This document shows, in pieces, positions 16,524 to 25,154 of a stretch of DNA of 32,846 nt. How positions within the stretch are numbered: the stretch's first letter is position 1; the number at the start of each line of letters is the position of its first letter. Source of the stretch: a virus (Duplodnaviria; Heunggongvirae; Uroviricota; Caudoviricetes); the IMG/VR virus record IMGVR_UViG_3300014205_008670, positions 64,001 through 96,846 of that record. One strand, 5' to 3'. The notes below the pieces were generated by a model. It did not search any database. It was not told the origin of the DNA and worked only from the letters and a program-made list of their open reading frames with translations. Both the position numbers and the translations under genes were made by a program.

Positions 16524-17532
16524 ATCCGGGGAATCTCCTTATGTTTCTTTCTTTATTTTTCAAATATGTTACTTCAGAATTTGTATTGTAATAACCCGAT
16601 TTTGCTTTATCTAAAATATCTAGTTTTTTTTCAAGATATTGTGATCTTTCACGTTTTTTCCTTCTTAAATAAGCTTTATGATTTTCTCTTTCGTTCATTA
16701 ATCTTTGAATCATTCCTGAAGGAGCTTTTTGTGCTAAAGGTATTATTTTTGTTCCAAACATTTTTTGTTTAATTATAGAATCTATTTCTGATTGTTTCGG
16801 AAGAAATTTTATAATTCCAATTTTATCAAATTCTTCGTATGCTATTTCTGGATTATATTCAAATGCCTTTTCCACTGTGCTCTGAACCATTTTACTATTT
16901 GGATGTGCTTGTAACCAATATATAAGTGCTGGTAAGTTTTTTTTAACTGCTAAATCATATTCAGAATCAGACTTTAAACCAAATTGTGCCTTAAACCTAA
17001 CTCCTCTTAATATGTTTTTAGGATTAACAGCAAATCCTTTCATTGGAGAAAGCGGAGTTCTTAAAATTTTATTTTCAATATCATGAATAGCCATTTCTGT
17101 TAAATCAAAAATTCTTAATGATTTTGGATCTAAAAGCAATGTGTTTATTGTAAAGTCCCTAGAAAAAACATCTTTATTAATTGGTGTTGGTTCTATTTTT
17201 TTTAAAAACAACTCATCAACAATATGAGGAACATTATAGTATGCATTATGAAACTCTACTTTCCTTCCACTTTCTAATGTAATTAAAGCGGTTCCACTAC
17301 TTTCATAAATAATTGGATCTGGAAGTCCATATTTTGCAGCAACAAAGAAAGCAAGATCAAATGCATTTCCATTTTTTTCTGTTACATCTAAATCAGTTTC
17401 CTCATCTACTCCAAAATCAAAAACAATATCTCTAGGAAATCCACCAACAACATATAATGTCATTTTTAATTCATCACATACAGAGATAATTAAATCAAGA
17501 TCATTTTTTATATTTTTAGGAATCTCTATCAT
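16498..17532 (-). CDS. Class II CCA-adding-enzyme/poly(A) polymerase-like nucleotidyltransferase with atypical templating motif
   Basis: Motif A VVGGFPRD..DLD, GTA, VEF, motif B SRDFTINT, DIENKILRTP, motif D region FAVNPKNILRGVRF. Start moved from 17547 to ATG 17532 (GAGG SD 9 nt upstream). Confidence 0.85.
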   Translation of the reverse strand: MIEIPKNIKNDLDLIISVCDELKMTLYVVGGFPRDIVFDFGVDEETDLDVTEKNGNAFDLAFFVAAKYGLPDPIIYESSGTALITLESGRKVEFHNAYYNVPHIVDELFLKKIEPTPINKDVFSRDFTINTLLLDPKSLRIFDLTEMAIHDIENKILRTPLSPMKGFAVNPKNILRGVRFKAQFGLKSDSEYDLAVKKNLPALIYWLQAHPNSKMVQSTVEKAFEYNPEIAYEEFDKIGIIKFLPKQSEIDSIIKQKMFGTKIIPLAQKAPSGMIQRLMNERENHKAYLRRKKRERSQYLEKKLDILDKAKSGYYNTNSEVTYLKNKERNIRRFPGYEYIKHPR

Positions 17533-17881
17533 CAAAGATAACCTCATATTCTTTTATATTAATTCTATCCCCAACCTTTATGTCCATTTCCATTGGAACC
17601 ATATGGTGAGATTCTACGACATATCTTATATTAAAATTACTAGAATAAACTGGGTTAAGTTGATTTTCTTTTAAATAGGAAATTTGTTTTACATTAAAAT
17701 TTTCATCACAAAACAAAAGAGATATTGGAAAAGAAACATTCTTATTCCAAAAATTATATCTGCCAGATTTTTTAAAATCAAATAAGGCACATTCGTTTTT
17801 TTTTAAAGGAGGTTTACACATTAACCCTAACTCTCTAGTTAGGGAAGTGTTTGCCAACAATGTGATCTTAAGTTTTTTCAT
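17516..17881 (-). CDS. DUF192 family protein
   Basis: ANTSLTRELGLM..L..ALFDF..FWNKNVSFPISLLFCD..YVVE..IKVGDRI follows the DUF192 consensus. Confidence 0.85.
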   Translation of the reverse strand: MKKLKITLLANTSLTRELGLMCKPPLKKNECALFDFKKSGRYNFWNKNVSFPISLLFCDENFNVKQISYLKENQLNPVYSSNFNIRYVVESHHMVPMEMDIKVGDRINIKEYEVIFDDRDS

Positions 17882-17882
17882 A

Positions 17883-18608
17883 TTATTTTCTATTATTTAA
17901 CTCTCTTAAAACTTTAGTAGCAAAGTCTTTAATCTTATGAACTGGAACTGTTGACATTTTGCTTCCAGAAATAACTATATTATGAGAGTTGTCAGTAACC
18001 TTTTTTGCAAGATGCAATACTTTAATAAGATCTTCATCAGAATAATCAGACAATGATTTTTCTGTCCCATCTAATTTCTTAGTTGAGATTTTATAATCTT
18101 CTATTACTATTGGTTTTATGTTTTTTTTCGCAAATATTTTTTTGTCTATATTTATATATCTTGCACCAAACTTTTGGCTATCATTTACTTTTGCTAAAAC
18201 ATAATCTCCAAAATCATAACTATTTTTTGATATCATTTTTTTAGAAGCTTTTTTTGTTATAGAAAACTTTTCATCGTTTAAAATTGCATCACGAAGAAGT
18301 TTTGATCCCCTATCAGTTAATTGATATTTATCCCCTATCCCATTAAGAAAACCTTTAGTTTTCAATATATCTAAAGAGTTTTTATCAATATTACTTCCTA
18401 TTTGAATAATATTGTCTCCAATAGAAGAAGAGTGAAGCCAAATATCTTTTAAGGCTTTCTTCTCTTCAATATTGCTTTCTTTTGTTCCAAATAAATGTTC
18501 TATAATTGGAAAAAGATTAAAAAAATCTTGTGCAATAGTAGGGTTTTTCATTTCTTCAGCGAAAGTAAGTGTTTCTTCACTGTTCTTTCTTATTGGTAAG
18601 GGACTCAT
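17883..18608 (-). CDS. Hypothetical protein with a winged-helix-like segment
   Basis: LDILKTKGFL..YQLTDRGSKLL. Start moved from GTG 18638 to ATG 18608 (GGAG SD 7 nt upstream). Confidence 0.6.
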   Translation of the reverse strand: MSPLPIRKNSEETLTFAEEMKNPTIAQDFFNLFPIIEHLFGTKESNIEEKKALKDIWLHSSSIGDNIIQIGSNIDKNSLDILKTKGFLNGIGDKYQLTDRGSKLLRDAILNDEKFSITKKASKKMISKNSYDFGDYVLAKVNDSQKFGARYINIDKKIFAKKNIKPIVIEDYKISTKKLDGTEKSLSDYSDEDLIKVLHLAKKVTDNSHNIVISGSKMSTVPVHKIKDFATKVLRELNNRK

Positions 18609-18621
18609 TTTTTTTCTCCGG

Positions 18622-18969
18622 TTAGCGTGGAAGTCCACCAGTAAATTGTTTTGAAATATCTGTTGGCGGTGATAATGGATCTGTAAAATTTGTAATATTT
18701 TTTATCCATTTTCCTTTTTTGCCATTTATATAAGAATCAAATTTAGAAAAATTCTTCATAAAAGAGTCTTTAGGAACAATCAAATCTCCATTTTCTCTCT
18801 TTACTTCAAGTCCTTGATTCTTTAATTGATTTTCCATTTCTAGAATATCTTCTTCTCTAAGATTATTGATCACCTCATTCGTATATCCTTTCTCTCTTAA
18901 ATAATTAGATATTTTTAACTCTAATTGTTCTTGTGCAATTTTATACCAAGTAAAGTTTTTTGATTTCAT
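18622..18969 (-). CDS. Hypothetical protein with N-terminal WYKIAQ motif
   Basis: 115-aa ORF tightly packed between neighbours. Confidence 0.65.
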   Translation of the reverse strand: MKSKNFTWYKIAQEQLELKISNYLREKGYTNEVINNLREEDILEMENQLKNQGLEVKRENGDLIVPKDSFMKNFSKFDSYINGKKGKWIKNITNFTDPLSPPTDISKQFTGGLPR

Positions 18970-18973
18970 TTTT

Positions 18974-19813
18974 TTATGGTCTTGTTAGATTTGTCATAAA
19001 ACTAGATCTGTCAGCAATATAATCAGCCCAACTCATAACCCTATATCTCATATCTGAATCTAATCCACTTCCTGTGTTTTCCTGTCCATACCAACCTTCA
19101 GTGCCGGGGTTTCTGTTATGAGGCCAAGATCCGTCTGCTTTGTTTTTGTTTCTATTTTTTTCTGGATTATACCTTGGTTGTTTTTTTACTCTTCCTCTTT
19201 CTGTATACACATTAGAAGGTTGTATTGCCTCTCCACTATCTCCATCTACTTTAACTCTAACAAACTCAACCCCACCAGAAGGTTTCTTTTTTTTAATAAT
19301 TTTATATTTAAAATTCTTTTTTTGTTTTTGATGGTCAAATTCTTCTCGAAAACCATCCTCTATTCTATTCCATGGAATAACTCTTTCATCATCACTTAGA
19401 TCCAATCTACCCCAAGGCTGATTTGCAGGATTAATTCCAGAAAGATTTGGATTAGAAATACTAGCAGATTCTTTTACAAAACCTTCATTTCTAGCTCTTT
19501 TTTTCCTAACACGAGATTTTTTATTTTTATATACTTTTCTTTTATATGGATCATTGGTATTGTGACAGTTATTGCATCTATAAATCTCTTCGCCTGAATC
19601 CAAAAACCTTCCCTGAAATTCAAAATTTTCCAACTTGCTTTTACAGATTGGACAAATTTCAGGACGAACAACGGTTGATGTTGGATTTTCTGGTTGTTTT
19701 ATATCTTGAGGAAGATATTCAGAATCAAAATTTCTAATTTTTGTATCCTGAATAAAATTACCACCTAAACCATCACTTCCAATAAATTCTTGCGCTAACT
19801 TATATTTCCACAT
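18974..19813 (-). CDS. Zinc-ribbon-containing basic hypothetical protein
   Basis: CPIC..CNNC, Lys/Arg-rich tracts, GAGAGG SD; first gene after the terminator/promoter cassette. Confidence 0.7.
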   Translation of the reverse strand: MWKYKLAQEFIGSDGLGGNFIQDTKIRNFDSEYLPQDIKQPENPTSTVVRPEICPICKSKLENFEFQGRFLDSGEEIYRCNNCHNTNDPYKRKVYKNKKSRVRKKRARNEGFVKESASISNPNLSGINPANQPWGRLDLSDDERVIPWNRIEDGFREEFDHQKQKKNFKYKIIKKKKPSGGVEFVRVKVDGDSGEAIQPSNVYTERGRVKKQPRYNPEKNRNKNKADGSWPHNRNPGTEGWYGQENTGSGLDSDMRYRVMSWADYIADRSSFMTNLTRP

Positions 19814-19841
19814 ACCATTACCTCTCTTTTGTTATACCTTA

Positions 19842-19868
19842 ATTCTAATAAAAGCAAGGAAAGACCTT
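19842..19868 (-). promoter_or_regulatory. Putative phage promoter AAGG-N17-TAGAAT
   Basis: Minus strand: AAGG (19868-19865), 17-nt spacer, TAGAAT (19847-19842). Lies in the largest intergenic gap, immediately after a terminator and ~29 nt before the ATG. Confidence 0.6.
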
Positions 19869-19870
19869 GT

Positions 19871-19909
19871 AAAAAAAAAATACCCTCTTACCAAATAAGA
19901 TAAGAGGGT
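19871..19909 (-). terminator. Intrinsic (Rho-independent) terminator after the helicase gene
   Basis: Perfect 9-bp stem ACCCTCTTA/TAAGAGGGT (19882-19890, 19901-19909), 10-nt loop, followed on the minus strand by a T10 run (19871-19880). Confidence 0.85.
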
Positions 19910-19932
19910 TCGTTGTGTATATTGTTGTTTTT

Positions 19933-22900
19933 TTAAATAGAATCTAAAATTTTCTTAGATCTATTCTTACCTAATATCTCTACTACTTTACTTTCATTTA
20001 TAGGTAATTTTAAATCCTTTTCATTCTTTATGTTGTTGTCATAAAGTTTTTTAGCAAAAGCCCTGCCTATTCCATCTATCTTTACTAAATCAATCATTTC
20101 AATACCAACACCATATTTCAACCTAGATCCCAATATATCCCATTCATTGCCCCAACCAAACCCGTCGCACTTTCCAGCACCGTTTACATGTTTTCCTATC
20201 TGATCGTCAATTTGCTTCATTGTTTGTATTATTCTTTCACAATCTTTTGTTATGTTGTAACTTATTGACATAAGTTCTGGACTAGAATCTTCTCCATTTA
20301 ATATTTCAGAAAAAGCTGCAACATATTTTAGATGAGGATTTGTAAGAGGATCTTTTCCTAATCTAACTCCAATTTGCTTTACAGATTCACAATCAGCTTC
20401 TCTCTTCGATATATAGATTGCGTTTGATGGCGCTTGAAAATCCTTTTCACCGTCAGTTCCTTTGAACCAAGTTTTTCCCCACTGAAAGCACTCGGCAAAT
20501 GCACTAGCAACATTTAGATTTATTATAGTAGAAACATCTGGTTTTGAACAGTTTTTAGGAGGGTTTATATACTTTATTCTAGAAAAGTTTTTAAACCAAT
20601 CAGAAACATCAAGTGGCGACATATACATTCTTGCTGTAATTTCACCAAGTTTTGTTTGTACATACTCTCCTGTATTTTTATCTACCTTAATCATTCCTCT
20701 TCCACAAAGATTGTCTAAAACTTTTTGTGCATTTTGTTGGTTTATTTGAGAGTTTTGAATTGAAGCTAATGTTTTGTTATACCATTTCAATAAATCGTTA
20801 CAGTTTTTTATATTGCCATTAACGATGTAAGATAATATATGAAAACAAAGAGTATTCACATCGTTTAATGTAGAAAGTACTTTATATCCTTTGAAAATTC
20901 TTTCTTCTTCTTGATTTTTTTTTCTTTTCTCACATAAAATAATTGCGTCTCCTTCAGATGAATAACCAGCCCTTCCTGCTCTGCCCATAGATTGATGAAT
21001 ATTTGCTGGCTCCATCGGAGTTAAGCCAAAAGCTGTGTGAGAAATAATAACATATCTAGCAGGTGTGTTACAATTATGAACAAGTATGTTGTTTGCATAA
21101 TAATGTCTATATTCTTCAGAAACAGGATCTTGTATATCTAGATCGTAAACCTTTGTTTTTAATTTATATTTTTCAATGTTTTTTATTTTATATTTTTCAA
21201 TCATTTTATTTTGTTTTTTAATATTGAATTCTTTATCAGGGATAAAATTACAATTTTCTATTAAATACTTACATAGTTGTGTTTTGTTGTCAGTAGGTGC
21301 ATTAATAATAAAGTCTTTTGTTTTATAGTGCTTTCTTTTTCTTCCCATAAACTTTTTTTCTTCAATATCAAAAATACAGTTTAGATAATTATTTCTTATT
21401 GGAAGACGTTTTAATTTATTATCTTTTAATACTTCAGTAAGCATTATTGGCAAATTTGAAGCTTTGTTTATAAAATCAATCATAAATGTATGTGATCTTT
21501 TTGAATGAAAGAAACCAAAGTTAAAATAAGAATTATCTTTTTTTAATCTTTTAAAAGAACCATAATACCTTCTTTTTAATTTATCAATTTTTTCTTTATG
21601 AAACATATATTTCATAATATTTTCATAGAAAAATTCTATTGCTTTTCTAGATCCAAAATAAAGTTCATAACATGTTTTTTTACTATTAATTATGTGTCCG
21701 TTATATTTTTGTTGTTGTGCTTTTCTACATCTTATTTTTGAAGGTATAGAAAATCTTCTCATTGCCAAAACAAAAAAATTAATTAAATGATATGAAGTAT
21801 TATAGAAACATATTTTATTATCTTCTATACCTCCATCTGTATCTATAAGTCCAGCTAAAATAGAAAACAGGATCTCTTCTTCACTATAAATCAAATTATA
21901 ATCTATTTTTTTAGCAGAATTTTCTACATACGAAATGTTTTCTGATAGAAAACTTATAAATTCTTTACCTTTCGATAAAGTTATTTGATAAGTTCCGTAT
22001 GAATTCTGACTTATATTTGGATATATATTTATTTTTTTAGCTAAATTATAAATATTTTCTCTATATATTTTATTTTCACAAACTATTACCGGATGATACT
22101 TTCTATTATTTTCTGAAAACCAACCATCTCCAGAAATAGCACCTATAAAATACGCCTGTTCTATATTAATATTTTTTTGTTCTTTTTTTGGTAAATAACT
22201 ATTGTTTACAAATAAGTAATCTTTGGTATTTAATTCACATACCTCTTTGTGTTTGTTTCCAACCACAGGAATAACATGTTCACCTGTACACTCTACTGAA
22301 AGTCCATTATCTAATGTAATTCTATATATTTCATATTCCTTTTCTTCATGTTCAAGCAACATAACAGATTTTTTAACATTATCTGTTATATCTTCAGAAA
22401 CAACTCCTGAGCTTATTACTAAATCGTCTTTATTTATATTTTCAATACTTTTTATTTTGTTTTCAAGAATAATTTGTGTATTTGGTGTTAAACATCCCCA
22501 AGCAAGAGTTGTTGTTGAAACTAAAACTTTTATTGTTCCATCTTTAAAGTCTTTTTCTATTTTTTTTCTAGACTCACGATCTTCATCTGCATTATGAAAA
22601 TAAGTTTTTATATTAATAAGATTTAATTGTTTAGATAATTTATGACCAAAATCTTTAGAACCAACAAAAACAAGAACTGATTCTTTTTCATATTTTTGTA
22701 TTTCTCTAATTGCTGTTTGCAGTCTATTTACTTCCTTTTCAGCATAAGACGCTCCCCTACCACCCTTATTTGTATCTTCAATTAAAGACCATTTTATGTT
22801 TAATTTACATGGTCTATAGTTGCTTAATAGGTAAACAGCTTTTTTACCAGTAAGATGTTCTAACCAAGCCTTAAAATCTTCTGCATTTGGAATTGTTGCA

Positions 22901-23499
22901 CTAACAAACAATGCTCTTGCATTTAAATCGTTTTCAAAGTATTGTATAAGACCAACTTCAAGAGCGTCTCCCCTTTCCCTCATTCCAATTAAATGTATTT
23001 CATCTCCAATAAAAACAGTATTTTTTAGCCAATCATGTTGTGAATAAAACCTACATTTAGAATTAAACATTTCTGGGGTTAATATTATTATATTTGCTAA
23101 CAATAATCTTTTCTTTTTTTCTTCAGTAAGTTCAAAATCTCCAGTTTGAATTTCTACTTTATATTTAGAAAAAGTATGAGATGGGTTTGTCCACTCTTCA
23201 AATTTTTCATCAGCCAAAGCCTTCATTGGGGCAATATAAAGTGCTCTTTTCCCATGATTTATAATGGCTTCTGAAATAAAATATTCAATACAAATAGTTT
23301 TACCACTTGATGTTGGCGCTGCAAGAACTATATTTGTATCATAGTCTTCCAAATATGGAACAAAATCACTTTGAACAGGATTTAAAAATTCAAAAGGAAA
23401 ATTTAAATATTTTTTTAAATGTTCTGATTTAATGCAAGGGTATGGGGAGTTATGACTCCCCATAGGCTGAACCATTTCTACAGGATAACTTTTAGGCAT
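19933..23499 (-). CDS. Ski2/Hel308-like SF2 DEAD/DEAH-box helicase, intein-containing (~714-aa mature protein)
   Basis: LNPVQ (Q motif), APTSSGKT, YIAPMKAL, TGD, TPE, DEIH, SAT, VLVFVGSK, STTTLAWG|CNTPAR, QSMGRAGRAG, and C-terminal HhH IDGIGRAFAKKLY. Confidence 0.92.
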   Translation of the reverse strand: MPKSYPVEMVQPMGSHNSPYPCIKSEHLKKYLNFPFEFLNPVQSDFVPYLEDYDTNIVLAAPTSSGKTICIEYFISEAIINHGKRALYIAPMKALADEKFEEWTNPSHTFSKYKVEIQTGDFELTEEKKKRLLLANIIILTPEMFNSKCRFYSQHDWLKNTVFIGDEIHLIGMRERGDALEVGLIQYFENDLNARALFVSATIPNAEDFKAWLEHLTGKKAVYLLSNYRPCKLNIKWSLIEDTNKGGRGASYAEKEVNRLQTAIREIQKYEKESVLVFVGSKDFGHKLSKQLNLINIKTYFHNADEDRESRKKIEKDFKDGTIKVLVSTTTLAWGCLTPNTQIILENKIKSIENINKDDLVISSGVVSEDITDNVKKSVMLLEHEEKEYEIYRITLDNGLSVECTGEHVIPVVGNKHKEVCELNTKDYLFVNNSYLPKKEQKNINIEQAYFIGAISGDGWFSENNRKYHPVIVCENKIYRENIYNLAKKINIYPNISQNSYGTYQITLSKGKEFISFLSENISYVENSAKKIDYNLIYSEEEILFSILAGLIDTDGGIEDNKICFYNTSYHLINFFVLAMRRFSIPSKIRCRKAQQQKYNGHIINSKKTCYELYFGSRKAIEFFYENIMKYMFHKEKIDKLKRRYYGSFKRLKKDNSYFNFGFFHSKRSHTFMIDFINKASNLPIMLTEVLKDNKLKRLPIRNNYLNCIFDIEEKKFMGRKRKHYKTKDFIINAPTDNKTQLCKYLIENCNFIPDKEFNIKKQNKMIEKYKIKNIEKYKLKTKVYDLDIQDPVSEEYRHYYANNILVHNCNTPARYVIISHTAFGLTPMEPANIHQSMGRAGRAGYSSEGDAIILCEKRKKNQEEERIFKGYKVLSTLNDVNTLCFHILSYIVNGNIKNCNDLLKWYNKTLASIQNSQINQQNAQKVLDNLCGRGMIKVDKNTGEYVQTKLGEITARMYMSPLDVSDWFKNFSRIKYINPPKNCSKPDVSTIINLNVASAFAECFQWGKTWFKGTDGEKDFQAPSNAIYISKREADCESVKQIGVRLGKDPLTNPHLKYVAAFSEILNGEDSSPELMSISYNITKDCERIIQTMKQIDDQIGKHVNGAGKCDGFGWGNEWDILGSRLKYGVGIEMIDLVKIDGIGRAFAKKLYDNNIKNEKDLKLPINESKVVEILGKNRSKKILDSI
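21073..22494 (-). mobile_element. Intein (474 aa) with LAGLIDADG homing endonuclease, inserted in helicase motif V
   Basis: Starts CLTPNT, block B ECTGEH, LAGLIDADG helices FIGAISGDG and ILAGLIDTDG, ends KVYDL..YYANNILVHN, +1 Cys. Removal restores TLAWG-CNTPAR. Confidence 0.95.
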
Positions 23500-23518
23500 T
23501 TATGTTCCTTGTAATAAA

Positions 23519-23722
23519 TTAACCACAAAAAGAATTGTAGTTTTTTCTTCCAAATAAATCTTTAGGTTTTTCGTTAAAAAACTTCTCAAATAAGGAATCT
23601 GGATTAATAGTTTTTGCTATAGCTACCATATCTTCATGATCACGGCTAAGAAATATTTCTCCCGTTTTGAGATTAATAACTATATCTGTTTCTATATATT
23701 TTTGTTCTTCATTTTTTTCCAA
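23519..23722 (-). CDS. Hypothetical protein
   Basis: 67-aa ORF overlapping the upstream DUF2997 gene. VINLKTGE resembles RIDLKTGQ of its neighbour. Confidence 0.6.
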   Translation of the reverse strand: MEKNEEQKYIETDIVINLKTGEIFLSRDHEDMVAIAKTINPDSLFEKFFNEKPKDLFGRKNYNSFCG

Positions 23723-23930
23723 GTTTTTGTCTTTCTTTTTCAGCCTCAGAATCTGATTGATGCTGAAATTTCTCAGCTTTTTCTTTTATCTCTTCAACCT
23801 TAGATCCCATTTCTTTTGAAAGTTGATCAAGTGTTTCTTTGCAACCTTTGCCTTTAAATCCAATGGCTTCAGTTGTCATTTGTCCTGTCTTTAAATCAAT
23901 TCTAAATTCTATTTCTCTTAGTTGTGACAT
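23709..23930 (-). CDS. DUF2997 family protein
   Basis: IEFRID..G....EAIGFKGKGCKETLDQL..EMG matches the DUF2997 pattern (GFxGxxC). Confidence 0.7.
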   Translation of the reverse strand: MSQLREIEFRIDLKTGQMTTEAIGFKGKGCKETLDQLSKEMGSKVEEIKEKAEKFQHQSDSEAEKERQKLGKK

Positions 23931-23944
23931 ATTAAAGGTATCCC

Positions 23945-24316
23945 TTAAATGAATTTTCTTACACGAACAACAACAACATCTTCTTCTACACTATTTTTAG
24001 CAACAGACCATCCAAGCTTTTTTGCTGCTTTTATAGCTTGTATTTTCTTAAAATGAGCATGAACTTTTGTTTTTAGTTCTTGAAATTTTAAGTTATTTGC
24101 ATTTCTATCAGTATGTAAATCTACAGAAAATTCAACATTTTCTCCATGCTTTCTTACATATACAACTGGAGCACCATATGTTTTAATTCCATGTCCAGTA
24201 ATATTAATTTGTCCTGAAATAATTTTAGCTTGAAGTCCAGCATCAACACAAGCCTCTACTATTGTATCAAAATCATCTGAAGACATTTCAACAGTTTCTC
24301 TTCGCCATTCACTCAT
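23945..24316 (-). CDS. DUF1257 (Ycf35)-like protein
   Basis: N-terminal MSEWRRETVEM..D..IVEACVDAG and C-terminal AKKLGWSV..EEDVVVVRVRKF; adjacent to DUF2997, its usual partner. Confidence 0.55.
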   Translation of the reverse strand: MSEWRRETVEMSSDDFDTIVEACVDAGLQAKIISGQINITGHGIKTYGAPVVYVRKHGENVEFSVDLHTDRNANNLKFQELKTKVHAHFKKIQAIKAAKKLGWSVAKNSVEEDVVVVRVRKFI

Positions 24317-24332
24317 ATTAAATATTCCTTAT

Positions 24333-25154
24333 TTAAATTTCTATTCCAAAAAAACATTCACAGTCATCTTCGTCATCATTTGCTCTTACTGTTTTTTGAT
24401 CTTTTAAGACATCGTTTTCGCTAATAAGTTTTAGTCCTTCTTCAATTCCTCTTTTTTTTATAAGTTTTAAATCTTCTTGAAAAAATGAGTTTAACTTTGG
24501 ATTTTCCAAACAAATCAATCTTTCCCCATATGTATTGATTATGTGAGTTGCAATCTCGGTATCAGTTAAGTTTCCATACTGCCTACACCAGTCAATCATT
24601 CCACTGTAAGCGTATCTTTCTTGTTGCATTTCATTTCTACAATTTGATTTTATATCCATGTGCATATGATATAGCTCATGCACTAATGTTGCCCTAACTC
24701 TAAGAAATTTCCATTCTTTTTCACTAAATCTTTTTGGTCTTTCAAGTAAAAATTCCATCCCTTTCTTGTGGTATATGTCAGTTATATAGAATATTTCTTT
24801 AGTATCAAGGTAATAAAAGGCCATGCACGAAAGATACATTTTAGGAGCTTCTAAGTATATTTCTCTCTCTAAAATATCTATTGCTTCAATGGCTTTTTTT
24901 GAACAAAATTTTTCAGTATCACTAACAGCATTATTAGTTATTGAGTATATATTTGATTTTAATATGCTTGAACAATTTGTTTTTAATGAAACGTAATTTA
25001 GAAGTTCTTTTAAGTGAGGTGACTCATTCATCTTTCTAGTTTCTGAATGTTCTCTTAGCTCAGAAAGAACTGTCGTTGAAATTTTTTTGTGTGTTTTTCT
25101 ATACTTTAAAGATCTTTCGATATTTGCTACATGCTCAGTTAGAGAGTTTGTCAT
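24333..25154 (-). CDS. Hypothetical protein with HExxH...ExxA zinc-metallopeptidase-like motif
   Basis: ATLVHELYHMH..QERYAY in a 273-aa ORF. Confidence 0.6.
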   Translation of the reverse strand: MTNSLTEHVANIERSLKYRKTHKKISTTVLSELREHSETRKMNESPHLKELLNYVSLKTNCSSILKSNIYSITNNAVSDTEKFCSKKAIEAIDILEREIYLEAPKMYLSCMAFYYLDTKEIFYITDIYHKKGMEFLLERPKRFSEKEWKFLRVRATLVHELYHMHMDIKSNCRNEMQQERYAYSGMIDWCRQYGNLTDTEIATHIINTYGERLICLENPKLNSFFQEDLKLIKKRGIEEGLKLISENDVLKDQKTVRANDDEDDCECFFGIEI

